A DNA stretch of 64,000 nt from contig CAXBLZ010000005.1 of the NCBI GenBank assembly GCA_963976735.1, positions 2,559 to 66,558 on the forward strand, in the 5' to 3' direction. Made by a program: the position numbers and the translations under genes. The notes below the pieces were generated by a model. That model was not told the origin of the DNA. It saw only the letters and a list, made by a program, of their open reading frames with translations, and ran no database searches. Shown here in pieces: positions 19,416 to 29,444 of this stretch. Position 1 is the stretch's first letter. Each line of letters starts with the position of its first letter. This DNA is from an uncultured Halioglobus sp. Its GTDB lineage: Bacteria; Pseudomonadota; Gammaproteobacteria; Pseudomonadales; Halieaceae.

Positions 19416-20909
19416 TCAGGAATAGATGGCTGTCAGTGCATTCACCGACGCCTGATAGTGCTGGTAAATCTCAGTATACAATTTGACTGTCGATTCGTCA
19501 GGCTCGCAACACAGCGTTTCATTTCTTGAAAGATGATTGTTTGCGAGTTGCTGTAGATCATCGGGATGGCAGGACTCCAGTACACTCAGCGCTTGTAAGG
19601 CCGCACCGAAAGCGGCTCCCTCATCCTGATGCAAGATGGTGACCGGCACATTGCAGATGTCAGCGACAGCCTGTCGCCAGGTGGCACTTGCCGCACCGCC
19701 ACCGGTCAACACGACGTTGCCTGTGTCCAGTCCCAGCGTGCGCATTCGCTCGACGCCGTAACGCAGTGCAAAAGTTGCGCCTTCCAGCGCGGAACGCAGC
19801 AGATTCTCCGGACTGTTGTTGTGAGCATCGAGGCCGATAATGCACGCCTTGGCACGTGGCAGGTTCGGTGTTCGCTCACCGTTATAGAATGGCAATGTGA
19901 TCACGCCCTGCGAACCTGCCGGCGAGCGGCTCACCTGTTGTTCGAAATCTGCCCGTTCGGTACCCAGTACACGCCGCGCTTGCTCGGTCGTGACGGTGCA
20001 ATTCATTGTGCACAGCAACGGCAGCCACCCGCCGGTAGACGAGCAGAACGCGGAAATCTCGCCTTGCGGATCTATCACAGGGCTGTCGGCATAGGCGTAC
20101 ACGGTGCCGGAGGTGCCCAGGCTCATGGTCGCTCTGCCGGGACTCAGGTTGCCGGTACCTATGGCCCCCATCATATTGTCACCTCCGCCTGTCGCAACCG
20201 GTATCCCCTCGCGAAGACCGGTGTGGCGAGCCACCTCTGCCCGCAGCCTGCCCATGATGCCGGGCGTCTCGTGTAGCGGCGGCAGACACTCGGCCAGATT
20301 TCGGTCAGGATCGATGGCGTGTAACATCCGGCAGGACCAGCGGCGCTCGCGAATATCGAGAAAGCCGGTACCGGAGGCATCGCCGACCTCCATACAGCGT
20401 TCACCGGTGAGGTAAAAATTCAGGTAGTCGTGCGGCAGCAGAATGCAATCGAGCTGCTCATACTGCGCGTTTGCGTGCTTGGCCAGCCAGCGTACTTTCG
20501 ATGCGGTGAAGCCGGGCAGGATCAGGTTGCCGACCTCCACCACACACTGCTGTGCACCGCCGTAGGCCGACATGATTTCCTCACATTCGGTGAGCGTTGA
20601 GGTGTCGCACCACAGCTTGACCGGAGCCAGTACTGCGCCGTTTTTTCCCAGTGGGACAAAGCCGTGCTGTTGCCCCGAGACACCTATGGCTTCAGTGGAG
20701 GCAATAATCGTGGGGTCGATTTTTGCAAGGGCCTGGTGCAGGGCATCGAGCCACCAGTTCGCCTGCTGCTCTGCGGCTCCCTGTTCATTCTGGTACAGGG
20801 GCAGTGCGGCGCTTTCAGTGGCGATTACGTTTTTGCCCAGCATATCGTAAAACAGAACTTTCAGTGATTGCGTGCCAAGGTCAATACCGAGCACCGTCTT
20901 TGTTTGCAT
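19416..20909 (-). CDS. xylB: Xylulokinase (FGGY family)
   Basis: LGIDLGTQSLK, GVSGQQHG, GGGDN, LPFYNGERTP, GGGAAS motifs; adjacent to xylA. Confidence 0.96.
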   Translation of the reverse strand: MQTKTVLGIDLGTQSLKVLFYDMLGKNVIATESAALPLYQNEQGAAEQQANWWLDALHQALAKIDPTIIASTEAIGVSGQQHGFVPLGKNGAVLAPVKLWCDTSTLTECEEIMSAYGGAQQCVVEVGNLILPGFTASKVRWLAKHANAQYEQLDCILLPHDYLNFYLTGERCMEVGDASGTGFLDIRERRWSCRMLHAIDPDRNLAECLPPLHETPGIMGRLRAEVARHTGLREGIPVATGGGDNMMGAIGTGNLSPGRATMSLGTSGTVYAYADSPVIDPQGEISAFCSSTGGWLPLLCTMNCTVTTEQARRVLGTERADFEQQVSRSPAGSQGVITLPFYNGERTPNLPRAKACIIGLDAHNNSPENLLRSALEGATFALRYGVERMRTLGLDTGNVVLTGGGAASATWRQAVADICNVPVTILHQDEGAAFGAALQALSVLESCHPDDLQQLANNHLSRNETLCCEPDESTVKLYTEIYQHYQASVNALTAIYS

Positions 20910-21127
20910 AGGCTTTCATGCCAGCAGCGGGAGATGCAGTCATTATACGCAGCAAGAGGCTTGAGCGCTCTGGCTGTCGTTGTCGGCCGGGTGGTCAGCA
21001 ACATAGCGAACATTAGCGCCGTATCGGCCGCGCAGGTATAGTGAACGTCCAATAAAACGGAAACCCGACTCCCGGCATTGGCTCATGGCCCGGTGGCCAG
21101 CTGGTTGGGCTCCCAGGGGCGCGTTAT

Positions 21128-22654
21128 ATGTGTCGTCATGTTTCGTTTGTGCTAGCTGCCGTCTGTGCAGTGTTTCTCTGTGCGGCAGCCGCCTCCGGTG
21201 ACGCCCCAAAACCGAATCTGCTGCTGATTACCGTTGATGATATGAACACGGATTCCGTCGGCGCGTTTGGCTCCGCGGTACCGGATAGCACCCCGAGTAT
21301 TGATCAGCTGGCGAAAGAGGGGCTGCGGTTTGAGCGTGCGCATGTGCAGGTGGCCAACTGTATGCCCTCGCGCAACGTGATGTGGTCGGGCCGCTACCCG
21401 CGGAGCAACAAAATCGAGGGGTTCTACCAGGTGAAACACCCGGGCTACCTCACTCTGGCGGACTATGCAAAGAGTGCAGGGTACTTTACCGCAATCCGGC
21501 ACAAGGCCCATGATTCCACGCCCTACACACCTTATGACTGGGACGCGGTACTCGATACCATTGCTGGCGGTGAGAAACAGCATAAAAAAGACCCCGCGTC
21601 CTACGGGCTGTCTACCGCGGAGGGCATTCGGCTGGCGAAACGGGCCGGGAAACCGTTCTGCCTGCTGATCAACATCGCAGATCCACATCTGCCGTTTTTT
21701 GGCCTTAACCGCAAGGGCAAGGCGATAGCGGACCCGTTCGTTCCCTCACGTATTTATCGCGCTGAAGAGGTAGCTGTGCCGGGATTCCTGGTCGATGATC
21801 CCGTCGTTCGCCAGGAGTTGGCGCACTACTACTCCTCAGTGCGCCGTGCCGACGATGCGGTGGGGCAGGTGCTGCGCGCGTTGCAGGAATCGGGTGAAGC
21901 GGACAATACGCTGGTGATGTTCCTGTCCGATCACGGTATGCCATTTCCCTTTGCGAAAACACAGTTGTACCACCACAGCACGAGCACACCGCTGATAGTT
22001 CGCTGGCCAGATGTCATCAAACCCAATTCTGTCGAGGGCGAGCATCTGGTCTCGGCGGTCGATATTCTCCCGACGCTGCTCGATGCGATCGGTGAGGCGG
22101 TTCCGCAGGATCTGGACGGCCGTACGTTTTTGCCGCTGTTGCAAGGTGGGACACAGGACGGTCGCGATTACGTGTTCAAGGTCTACAACGAAAATGCTGC
22201 AGGTGCGCGAGAGCCGATGGTGGCGGTAGAAAGCGCACAGTTTTTATACATTTTTAACCCGTGGTCGAACGGCAAACGCACGCTGTTTTCCGCCACCTAC
22301 GATACCGATACCTACAAGCGCATGCTGCAACTGGCAGAGAAAGATGCGCGGATCGCCGACAGGCTGCAACTGCTCAACCACCGTGTGCTGGAGGAGTTTT
22401 ACGATGTTCAGAGCGACCCGGACTGCCTGGTCAACTTGATTGATGATCCCGCCTACCAGGAACAGGTAGACGAATACCGGGAGCTGCTGGAGCAGTGGTT
22501 ACGCAATATGCAAGACCCGATGCTGGAGGTGCTGTTGCAGCGAGACGATCCGGCGACGCTTGCAGCCTTCATGCTAGAGCAAAAGCGTCTAACCAGAGAG
22601 CGCAAGCAGTGGTCGCGGGCGATTCTGGAACAGCGCAAAGCGTCAGGTAGTTAG
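21128..22654 (+). CDS. Secreted formylglycine-dependent sulfatase (N-sulfoglucosamine sulfohydrolase-like, probably S1_8)
   Basis: Signal peptide, ITVDD, CMPSR (CxPxR) + WSGRYP, SDHGMPFPFAK. Confidence 0.92.
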   Translation: MCRHVSFVLAAVCAVFLCAAAASGDAPKPNLLLITVDDMNTDSVGAFGSAVPDSTPSIDQLAKEGLRFERAHVQVANCMPSRNVMWSGRYPRSNKIEGFYQVKHPGYLTLADYAKSAGYFTAIRHKAHDSTPYTPYDWDAVLDTIAGGEKQHKKDPASYGLSTAEGIRLAKRAGKPFCLLINIADPHLPFFGLNRKGKAIADPFVPSRIYRAEEVAVPGFLVDDPVVRQELAHYYSSVRRADDAVGQVLRALQESGEADNTLVMFLSDHGMPFPFAKTQLYHHSTSTPLIVRWPDVIKPNSVEGEHLVSAVDILPTLLDAIGEAVPQDLDGRTFLPLLQGGTQDGRDYVFKVYNENAAGAREPMVAVESAQFLYIFNPWSNGKRTLFSATYDTDTYKRMLQLAEKDARIADRLQLLNHRVLEEFYDVQSDPDCLVNLIDDPAYQEQVDEYRELLEQWLRNMQDPMLEVLLQRDDPATLAAFMLEQKRLTRERKQWSRAILEQRKASGS

Positions 22655-22675
22655 CGGCGCGGGTTTGACTCACAA

Positions 22676-24046
22676 TTATGAAGCCTGACCTTGTTCCGCG
22701 CCGGGCTTTTCTGTATGCAGCATCAGCCAGAAAAAGCCGCCAAACCCCGCGATTGCAGAGGCCAGCAGAATACCGGTTTTAGCCATCAGCAGGTCGTGGG
22801 GGGAGTTGGCGAATCCCAGGTCGGCGATAAAAATTGACATGGTAAAGCCGATGCCACCCAGCAGGCCGACGCCCAGAATATGATTCATATTCAACCCGGC
22901 AGGCAATGTCGCCCAGCCCATTTTTACTGTGAGCCAGGTGAGCCCGGCGATCCCGATCGGCTTGCCCAGCAGTAGCCCGGCCAGTACCCCCAGCATTATG
23001 GGGTCCTGGAAGTACTGGGAGAACCCGACAAAGTCCACCGGAATGCCTGCATTGGCGAGTGCAAAAATCGGGATCACGATATAGGCGACTGGCAGGTGCA
23101 ATGTGTGCTCGAGCCGTTGCGCGGGCGCCTGTACCAATCGGACCCCATCCCCTAGCGATGTCACCAGGGAGCGGAAGCGGTTATTCTTGATAATATCGGC
23201 TTGGTCGGTAATGGATTTGAGCATTTTCACGGAGGTGTCTTTTACCCGGTGCACGAACACCTCGGGCTCAAACTTGGGCCGAATCGGAATCGTAAAGGCG
23301 ACCACAATACCGGCGATCGTCGCGTGGATGCCGCTGCTCAGCATCGCCATCCACAGCAGTGCCCCCACGGCCGCATACGGCAGGGGACGGCGGATGCCGC
23401 CGAGATTCAGCGCCAACAGCAGGAAGGTGCACCCACCGGCATATGCCAGCGCCACCAGATTGAGATCATCGGTATAAAACAGCGCGATCACCGCCACGGC
23501 GCCGAGGTCGTCCACGATGGCCAGCGCAATCAGAAAGGTCACCAGGCTCTTCGGTATGCGGCTGCCCAGCAGGCTCAGGGCGCCGATGGCGAAGGCGATG
23601 TCGGTGGCCATCGGGATGCCCCAGCCGGCAGCGCCCTGGCCGGAGAGGTTGAACATCAGGTAAAACAGTGCGGGAACCACCATGCCGCCCATGGCGGCCA
23701 TGATCGGCACCAGTGCCTGCTTGGGCGACGACAACTCGCCCACCATCAGCTCCCGTTTCAATTCCAGGCCCATGATGAAGAAGAACATCGCCATCAGTGC
23801 TTCATTGATCCAATGGTGAATCGAGAGGGAGAACTCGTAGCTACCGAGGCTGACGCCAATTTTCGTGTGCAGCAGGTGTTCGTAATCGCTGTACAGAGGG
23901 CTGTTGGCTATGAAGAGCGCGATGACGGCGCAGATCATCAACAACACACCGCTGGTGGTCTGGCGGTGTATAAATTCTTCCAGCGGTGTCAGCAGCCGCT
24001 CGAAGGATTTTTCCCAAGGCGCGTTATAGATTCCCTTGCCTGCCAT
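22676..24046 (-). CDS. nhaA: Na+/H+ antiporter NhaA
   Basis: HWINEALM, GWGIPMATDIAF, LAIVDDLG, GIGFTMSIF. Confidence 0.97.
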   Translation of the reverse strand: MAGKGIYNAPWEKSFERLLTPLEEFIHRQTTSGVLLMICAVIALFIANSPLYSDYEHLLHTKIGVSLGSYEFSLSIHHWINEALMAMFFFIMGLELKRELMVGELSSPKQALVPIMAAMGGMVVPALFYLMFNLSGQGAAGWGIPMATDIAFAIGALSLLGSRIPKSLVTFLIALAIVDDLGAVAVIALFYTDDLNLVALAYAGGCTFLLLALNLGGIRRPLPYAAVGALLWMAMLSSGIHATIAGIVVAFTIPIRPKFEPEVFVHRVKDTSVKMLKSITDQADIIKNNRFRSLVTSLGDGVRLVQAPAQRLEHTLHLPVAYIVIPIFALANAGIPVDFVGFSQYFQDPIMLGVLAGLLLGKPIGIAGLTWLTVKMGWATLPAGLNMNHILGVGLLGGIGFTMSIFIADLGFANSPHDLLMAKTGILLASAIAGFGGFFWLMLHTEKPGAEQGQAS

Positions 24047-24078
24047 TTGGTGTGGAGCTCCTTATTGATCTTCTTTGG

Positions 24079-25698
24079 TTACAGTGGTGCCATGAACGGT
24101 CCGTCCACGCACAGGCGGCGGCCGTCCGGTGTTGCACAGGCGCCGCAAATGCCGACTCCGCACTTGGTGAGGTAATCGATCGAGCTGAAGATTTGCTCTG
24201 GCCGGCAAAATTCCCGCTGTACCGCATTTGCGGCGTGTACCATGGGCGCGGGGCCGCAATTGTAGAATACCAGTTGTTCGCGCTCTGGCGGGCTCATCAA
24301 TTGCAGCCGCTCGCGCAGCAGTTCGGTGACAACACCGTGGTAGCCGGCGCTGCCGTCATCGGTGGCGACGTGAACTTCGGCCACCCGCTGGCATTCTTCG
24401 AGGTAGTACAGGCGCTGCGCTGTGCGCGCCCCGACGAACACCTCAGCATTGCCGAAATCGCGTGCGATCTGGTACACGGCAGCCAACCCCGTGCCCCCTG
24501 CCACCGCGATGATTTTTGCATCCTCGGGCGGCGCGACAGGAATACCGTGTGGGCCGCGCACATACGCTTGCGTGCCGACCGGCAGGTCCATCAGGGTGTG
24601 CGTGAACTGCCCGAGATCGATCACGGCAAGTGTGAAGGGATCGTCGGTCAATGCGGAAAATGGCTTCTCACCGAGCCCGGGTATCCACAGGAAGACGAAC
24701 TCGCCAGCCTGTATGTTGATCTTGCGGTCAAATCGCAACAGCGCAATGTCAGCGCAGACGCGGGTGTTCTCCACCAGTGTGACGGGGCGAAAACTCATGT
24801 CGATATCGTAGCGAATTTGCGCTTCAGCCCGGTTGGTGCCGCGCTCCAGATCGCGGCTGAGGGTCTCGAAGTAGGTGCCTATCTCATCGGTGGTCAGGCC
24901 GGTAAGTGCAGAACCAATGCCTACTACAGTTGCTCCTGCGTCAAAGTAAGCGCTCACATCACCCGCACTACTGGCACCGCCGCAGCCAATGATCGGGCAG
25001 TCCGTGACCGCGGCAATTTCGCGCACGCATTTCAGGCCAATCGGCAAAATACCCTTGCCGGACATGCCTCCGGCGCCGTTGCTCAACACCGGGTGCCCGT
25101 GCGCTGCCGTATAGCCTGGGCCCACGGTATTGATGGCGCACAAACCATCGGCACCGCCGGCAATCGCGGCCTCGGCTATCATCGCGATGTCGGGCGTGTT
25201 CGGTGTGAGCTTGGGAATCACCGGGATATCCACCACGGCTTTGACCGCTGCAGTGATCTCCCGAACCAGTTCGGGGTCCTGGCCCATTGCCATGCCATAG
25301 CCCTTGGCGTGCGGGCAGGACAGGTTGAGTTCCAGGCCGTCGGACACCGGCGCCAGGATTTTCGCGACGGCCACGAATTCCTCGAGACTGCCGCCGAAAA
25401 TGGATGTCAGCAGAAACCTGTCTGCGGGGACCTTGAGCGCCGCCAGCGCCGCCCGCGATTGCTCCGCCCCCGGATTGGTCAGTCCCACGGCATTGACGAA
25501 GCAGCCCGGTGCGTACTGGCTGTAGACAGGCTCGCGATTCCCCGCGCGCGGCTCCAGTCCGATACTCTTGGTAGTGACCACGCCGACCTCGGGCATATGG
25601 TCAAAAATGTACTGGATAATAGGGGTGGCGGTCGTGACGATGCCCGAGGGTATCGTGAACGGGCCGGACAGCGTCTTGCCAAAGAATTCCATAGTCAA
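24079..25698 (-). CDS. pyrD: Class 1 dihydroorotate dehydrogenase fused to a PyrK-like FAD/[2Fe-2S] electron-transfer domain
   Basis: N half: TTKS..EPRAGN, ELNLSCPH, KLTPN, INT, GGMSG. C half: GEKPFS, RGPHG, AGGTGLA, CGP, KCGVGICGAC..LCVDGP. One uninterrupted ORF. Confidence 0.9.
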   Translation of the reverse strand: MTMEFFGKTLSGPFTIPSGIVTTATPIIQYIFDHMPEVGVVTTKSIGLEPRAGNREPVYSQYAPGCFVNAVGLTNPGAEQSRAALAALKVPADRFLLTSIFGGSLEEFVAVAKILAPVSDGLELNLSCPHAKGYGMAMGQDPELVREITAAVKAVVDIPVIPKLTPNTPDIAMIAEAAIAGGADGLCAINTVGPGYTAAHGHPVLSNGAGGMSGKGILPIGLKCVREIAAVTDCPIIGCGGASSAGDVSAYFDAGATVVGIGSALTGLTTDEIGTYFETLSRDLERGTNRAEAQIRYDIDMSFRPVTLVENTRVCADIALLRFDRKINIQAGEFVFLWIPGLGEKPFSALTDDPFTLAVIDLGQFTHTLMDLPVGTQAYVRGPHGIPVAPPEDAKIIAVAGGTGLAAVYQIARDFGNAEVFVGARTAQRLYYLEECQRVAEVHVATDDGSAGYHGVVTELLRERLQLMSPPEREQLVFYNCGPAPMVHAANAVQREFCRPEQIFSSIDYLTKCGVGICGACATPDGRRLCVDGPFMAPL

Positions 25699-25915
25699 AG
25701 TAGCGAGCTCACGCGTCGATGGATTGTACGGGAAACAAGTTGCGAGATTATACGGGTTTGGTGGACGTTACACGACCTTACTTCGCTGGATAGCAGTGTA
25801 TTCGCCAGACCATGCGCGTTGAATTTGGACGAATCCCTGTTCTGATGGGCAGTGTCCGTTTCCGCCCTGTTTTTGGTTCGCCTGTTCTATGGCAGACCCG
25901 GTGGCACTGATTATT

Positions 25916-25955
25916 TATTACATATAATGGTTTTTTAAAATTTAAACGTGTAATA
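25916..25955. promoter_or_regulatory. Long-spacer inverted repeat, candidate PaaX-family operator
   Basis: TATTACA (25916-22), 26-bp AT-rich spacer containing TATAAT, TGTAATA (25949-55), just upstream of the PaaX-family gene. Confidence 0.5.
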
Positions 25956-25963
25956 TTTTGCGC

Positions 25964-26773
25964 ATGCATATTTCAGTCGATAACACTGCGGCGGGTCTGA
26001 CGCCCAGAAAACTGATCCTTGAGATGCTGGATGCTGATCCGGTCATGATGGCCCATGGTCGGCGCCTGATCGCCGCTGGCGGTGTATTCGGGTTCAGCGA
26101 GAACCAGGTGCGCGTGGCCCTGAGTCGTCTCCTCGCCGACGGGCTGTTGGTGCAACCGCGTCGGGGTGACTATGCGCTGGATGGCGCAGCCACCCGTATT
26201 CAGGCGGAGACGCAGCGCTGGCAGAAGATCGAACGTCGCCTGCTGCGCTGGCGTGGCGATTGGTGTGCCGTGCTCACCGACAACCTCGCTGCAGAGGGCA
26301 GTACGCAGTTCCGCAAGCAGTCGCGGGCACTGGCGATGCGCGGCATGCAGCGTTGGCGACCGGGCTTGTGGGTGCGGCCGAATAACCTGCGCGGAGGGCC
26401 CCAGCGGCTGGCGGACGAGTTGCAGGCGCTGGGGCTGGATGCGATTCGCGGCCACTGTGTTATCACCCGGGGGGATGCAGGCGGTGAGGCCAGCCTGCGA
26501 AGTCTGTGGGATTGCTCGCAGTTGGAAGCGACCTACAAACAGCAAATCGCCGCGCTGCGCGCTGCCACGATTCGCCTCGACAACCCGCAGTTTCCGGGGG
26601 TGTTGAGTGAGTCGGTAGAACTGGGCAGCAGTTGTATAAGGGCGTTGTTGAGGGACCCATTGTTGCCGGATGAACTGGCCAGCGGCGACAGCCGGCGTGA
26701 GCTCGCCAGCCTGCTGAAGGACTACGACAAGAAGGGGCGTCGTCAGTGGCGGCGGTTTATTCAACAGTTATAG
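25964..26773 (+). CDS. PaaX-family transcriptional regulator
   Basis: wHTH FGFSENQVRVALSRL..DG, GxWxxV, G..RWRPGLWVRPNNL, WDCSQLEATY, DPLLPDEL. Confidence 0.85.
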   Translation: MHISVDNTAAGLTPRKLILEMLDADPVMMAHGRRLIAAGGVFGFSENQVRVALSRLLADGLLVQPRRGDYALDGAATRIQAETQRWQKIERRLLRWRGDWCAVLTDNLAAEGSTQFRKQSRALAMRGMQRWRPGLWVRPNNLRGGPQRLADELQALGLDAIRGHCVITRGDAGGEASLRSLWDCSQLEATYKQQIAALRAATIRLDNPQFPGVLSESVELGSSCIRALLRDPLLPDELASGDSRRELASLLKDYDKKGRRQWRRFIQQL

Positions 26774-26785
26774 GGAGGTCGTCAT

Positions 26786-27952
26786 ATGAACGCACCCGGA
26801 TTTACTGAAGTTTTTTCCCGCCTGCTCGACGACTATCGCGAGGGCAGGGCGGTGCCACCTTTTCAGGCGGAAGTGGACACCCGTTTCTACACCGACCCCG
26901 AGTGGTTTGAAAAAGAGAGGGCCGCCCTGTTCAGCGATGTGCCAATCCTGGTGGGTCATGTCGCGATGCTGAAGCACACTGGCGATGCGTTTACGCACGA
27001 TCACCTGGGCGTGCCGATAGTCGTGGTGCGCGCTGGTGATGGCGAGATCCGGGCGTTTCTCAATGTCTGCCGCCACCGCGGTGTCCGCCTTGTTAACGGT
27101 GACGGGGTGGTCAATAAAACCAGCTTTGTCTGTCCCTACCACAACTGGACCTACGGGCTTGACGGCACACTCAGGCACATCCCGTTACATGAGGAGAGCT
27201 TCCCGGGCCTGGACGCGCAATGCCACAATTTGAAAGCGTTGCCGCTGGCGATCTGCGAGGGGCTGATTTTCGTGAATCCCGATCCGGGGGGCACTATCGA
27301 CATCGACAAGCACATGGGCATGGTGAAGGCGGATTTTGCGGCGTTCGGTATGTCGGATCACGTTTTTTTCCGGCAGACGGTCACCACGCTGAAATGCAAC
27401 TGGAAGTTACTGGTCGATGCCTTCCAGGACGGTTATCACGTCACCCGCCTGCACAGGAAAACCGTCGGTCCGCACTTTATCGATGCCGTGTCCCGCAGTG
27501 AGCGCAGTGGCGATCACCTGATCGCCGTGGTCGCGCGCAACGCCTTCAGCGATGCGCTGCAGTTGTCGCCCGAGCAATGGGACCTGCGTCGCCAGGCCTC
27601 CTGTGCGATGTACCTGTTCCCCAATATCGAGATGATCATTCACCCCGACTACATCAGCTACCTGGCTTTCTTCCCGACCAGTGTCGATGAAACGGTTGTG
27701 GTTCACGGTTGCTTTATCGAAGAGGAGCCGAAGGATGAGAAGGCCGCCGCGCACTGGGAGCGCGCCTTCGATATTATCGAAAACGGTGTCTTTCGTCCCG
27801 AGGACTATTTCGTTTGCGAGCAGGCGCAGATCGGTATGGCATCCGGTGCCAACAGCCACTTATTGCTGGGCGCGCATGAAACCGGCGTCAAAGCCTTCCA
27901 CGACCTGTTGGCCGAAAAAATGGGCCCCTATCGCCCCGCGGCGCCCGCTTGA
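26786..27952 (+). CDS. Rieske non-heme iron oxygenase alpha subunit (SRPBCC catalytic domain)
   Basis: CRHRG...CPYHNW Rieske motif, NWKLLVDAFQDGYHVTRLH and a distal ED. RBS GGAGG. Confidence 0.94.
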   Translation: MNAPGFTEVFSRLLDDYREGRAVPPFQAEVDTRFYTDPEWFEKERAALFSDVPILVGHVAMLKHTGDAFTHDHLGVPIVVVRAGDGEIRAFLNVCRHRGVRLVNGDGVVNKTSFVCPYHNWTYGLDGTLRHIPLHEESFPGLDAQCHNLKALPLAICEGLIFVNPDPGGTIDIDKHMGMVKADFAAFGMSDHVFFRQTVTTLKCNWKLLVDAFQDGYHVTRLHRKTVGPHFIDAVSRSERSGDHLIAVVARNAFSDALQLSPEQWDLRRQASCAMYLFPNIEMIIHPDYISYLAFFPTSVDETVVVHGCFIEEEPKDEKAAAHWERAFDIIENGVFRPEDYFVCEQAQIGMASGANSHLLLGAHETGVKAFHDLLAEKMGPYRPAAPA

Positions 27953-27965
27953 TTCATCGCCGCCG

Positions 27966-29444
27966 TCAGGTACCGCAAAAGGTTTGCTGAACGACCTGCT
28001 CCGGTCGCGGAGGTGTGGCGAACTGTGCAAGCTCCGCGCGATAGACATGCGGCTCCTCCAGCACATCCATCAGTCGGTTGAACACGCTGAGATCGTCCCT
28101 GTCAGTGGCGGCGGCGATAGCGGCTTCCACCAGGTGATTGCGGGGTATCAATGCCGGATTGGCGAGATCCATGCTGCGCTGTCGCTCGGCGCCGGACAGC
28201 GTCTCCTGGTCCAGCCGTGTGCGCCAGCGCGCCAGCCAGGGCTGCAGTGCCTGCGGGAATTCAAACAGCGTCGACACCGTCTGTTCGGGATTGTCGCGCT
28301 CGTGGGCGAGGTCGGCCAGACGACGAAAGGCCAGGGTGAAATCGAGTTTGTGCTCCGCCATCAGTTGCCAAAGATCCTCCACCAGTGCCGTGTCCTGTTC
28401 TTCAATCGATTGCAGTCCCAGCTTGCGCGCCATGCACCGGGTGTTGGCATTCAGGAATTGCTCGGGAAAGGCATCGATGGCTTTTTGTGCCAGTGCCACC
28501 GCCCGCTCGGGGTTGTCGTCCAGCACTGGCAGCAGTGCCTGCGCCAGGCAGGACAGGTTCCAGTGTGCAATGCCCGGTTGGTTGCGATAGGCGTAGCGTC
28601 CGCCGTGATCGATGGAACTGTACACCTGCTCCGGATTGAACGCGTCCATAAAAGCACAGGGGCCGTAGTCGATGGTTTCCCCGCAGACGAGCATATTATC
28701 TGTATTCATTACGCCGTGGATAAAGCCCAGCGACTGCCACTGCGCGATCAGTGCTGCCTGCCTCGCAATAACACCTTGCAGCAGGGCCAGTACCGGGTTC
28801 TCGGCGTCTCGGGCCTCGGGGTAGTGCCGCTCGATCACGTGATCGGCGAGCAATTGCAGCGCTTCGGTGTCTTTGCGCGCCGCGTAGTACTGGAAGGTGC
28901 CGATGCGAATATGGCTGCGGGCGACACGGGCCAGCACTGCACCCGGAAGGAAGCGCTCGCGCGCGACAGTGTCGCCGGTACTCGCGGCCGCCAGCGCTCG
29001 TGTGGTAGGAACGCCGAGGCGGTACATGGCCTCGCTGACGATATATTCGCGCAATACAGGACCCAGTGGCGAGCGACCGTCGCCGCCGCGGGACCAGGCC
29101 GTGGGCCCGGAGCCCTTGAGTTGCAGATCGAAGCGCTCGCCATCCGGCGTGGCCACTTCGCCCAACAGTACCGCGCGGCCATCGCCCAACTGTGGGTTGA
29201 AACCGCCAAACTGGTGCCCCGCATAGACGGTAGCGATGGGCTCGGCGCCGGGCGGAACGGCGTTGCCGGCCACCATTTCGGTGCCCGCGGCGGAGTCCAG
29301 CCAGTCTGCATCGATACCCAGAGCTGCGGCCAGTTCCCGGTTCACACGAATCGGGCCAGGTGTCGATACCGGTTCTGGCGCCTGGCGGACGTAGAAGCGT
29401 TCAGGAAGGCGTGTGTAGCTGTTGTCAAAGGCGATAGGGTCCAT
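27966..29444 (-). CDS. selO: Protein adenylyltransferase SelO (YdiU/UPF0061)
   Basis: YAGHQFG, LGDGRA, QLKGSG, GDGR, REYIVSEAM, HGVMNTDN, DYGP, C-terminal TFCGT. ATG 29444. Confidence 0.96.
   Translation of the reverse strand: MDPIAFDNSYTRLPERFYVRQAPEPVSTPGPIRVNRELAAALGIDADWLDSAAGTEMVAGNAVPPGAEPIATVYAGHQFGGFNPQLGDGRAVLLGEVATPDGERFDLQLKGSGPTAWSRGGDGRSPLGPVLREYIVSEAMYRLGVPTTRALAAASTGDTVARERFLPGAVLARVARSHIRIGTFQYYAARKDTEALQLLADHVIERHYPEARDAENPVLALLQGVIARQAALIAQWQSLGFIHGVMNTDNMLVCGETIDYGPCAFMDAFNPEQVYSSIDHGGRYAYRNQPGIAHWNLSCLAQALLPVLDDNPERAVALAQKAIDAFPEQFLNANTRCMARKLGLQSIEEQDTALVEDLWQLMAEHKLDFTLAFRRLADLAHERDNPEQTVSTLFEFPQALQPWLARWRTRLDQETLSGAERQRSMDLANPALIPRNHLVEAAIAAATDRDDLSVFNRLMDVLEEPHVYRAELAQFATPPRPEQVVQQTFCGT

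Noticed and set aside
23986-25845. 619-aa plus-strand ORF
   Set aside because: Antisense shadow of the pyrD-pyrK fusion, typical of high-GC codon bias, with no motifs.
10990-29444. Selenocysteine recoding in the Mo enzyme or SelO
   Set aside because: Neither has an in-frame TGA, and SelO ends in CGT with an ordinary Cys.
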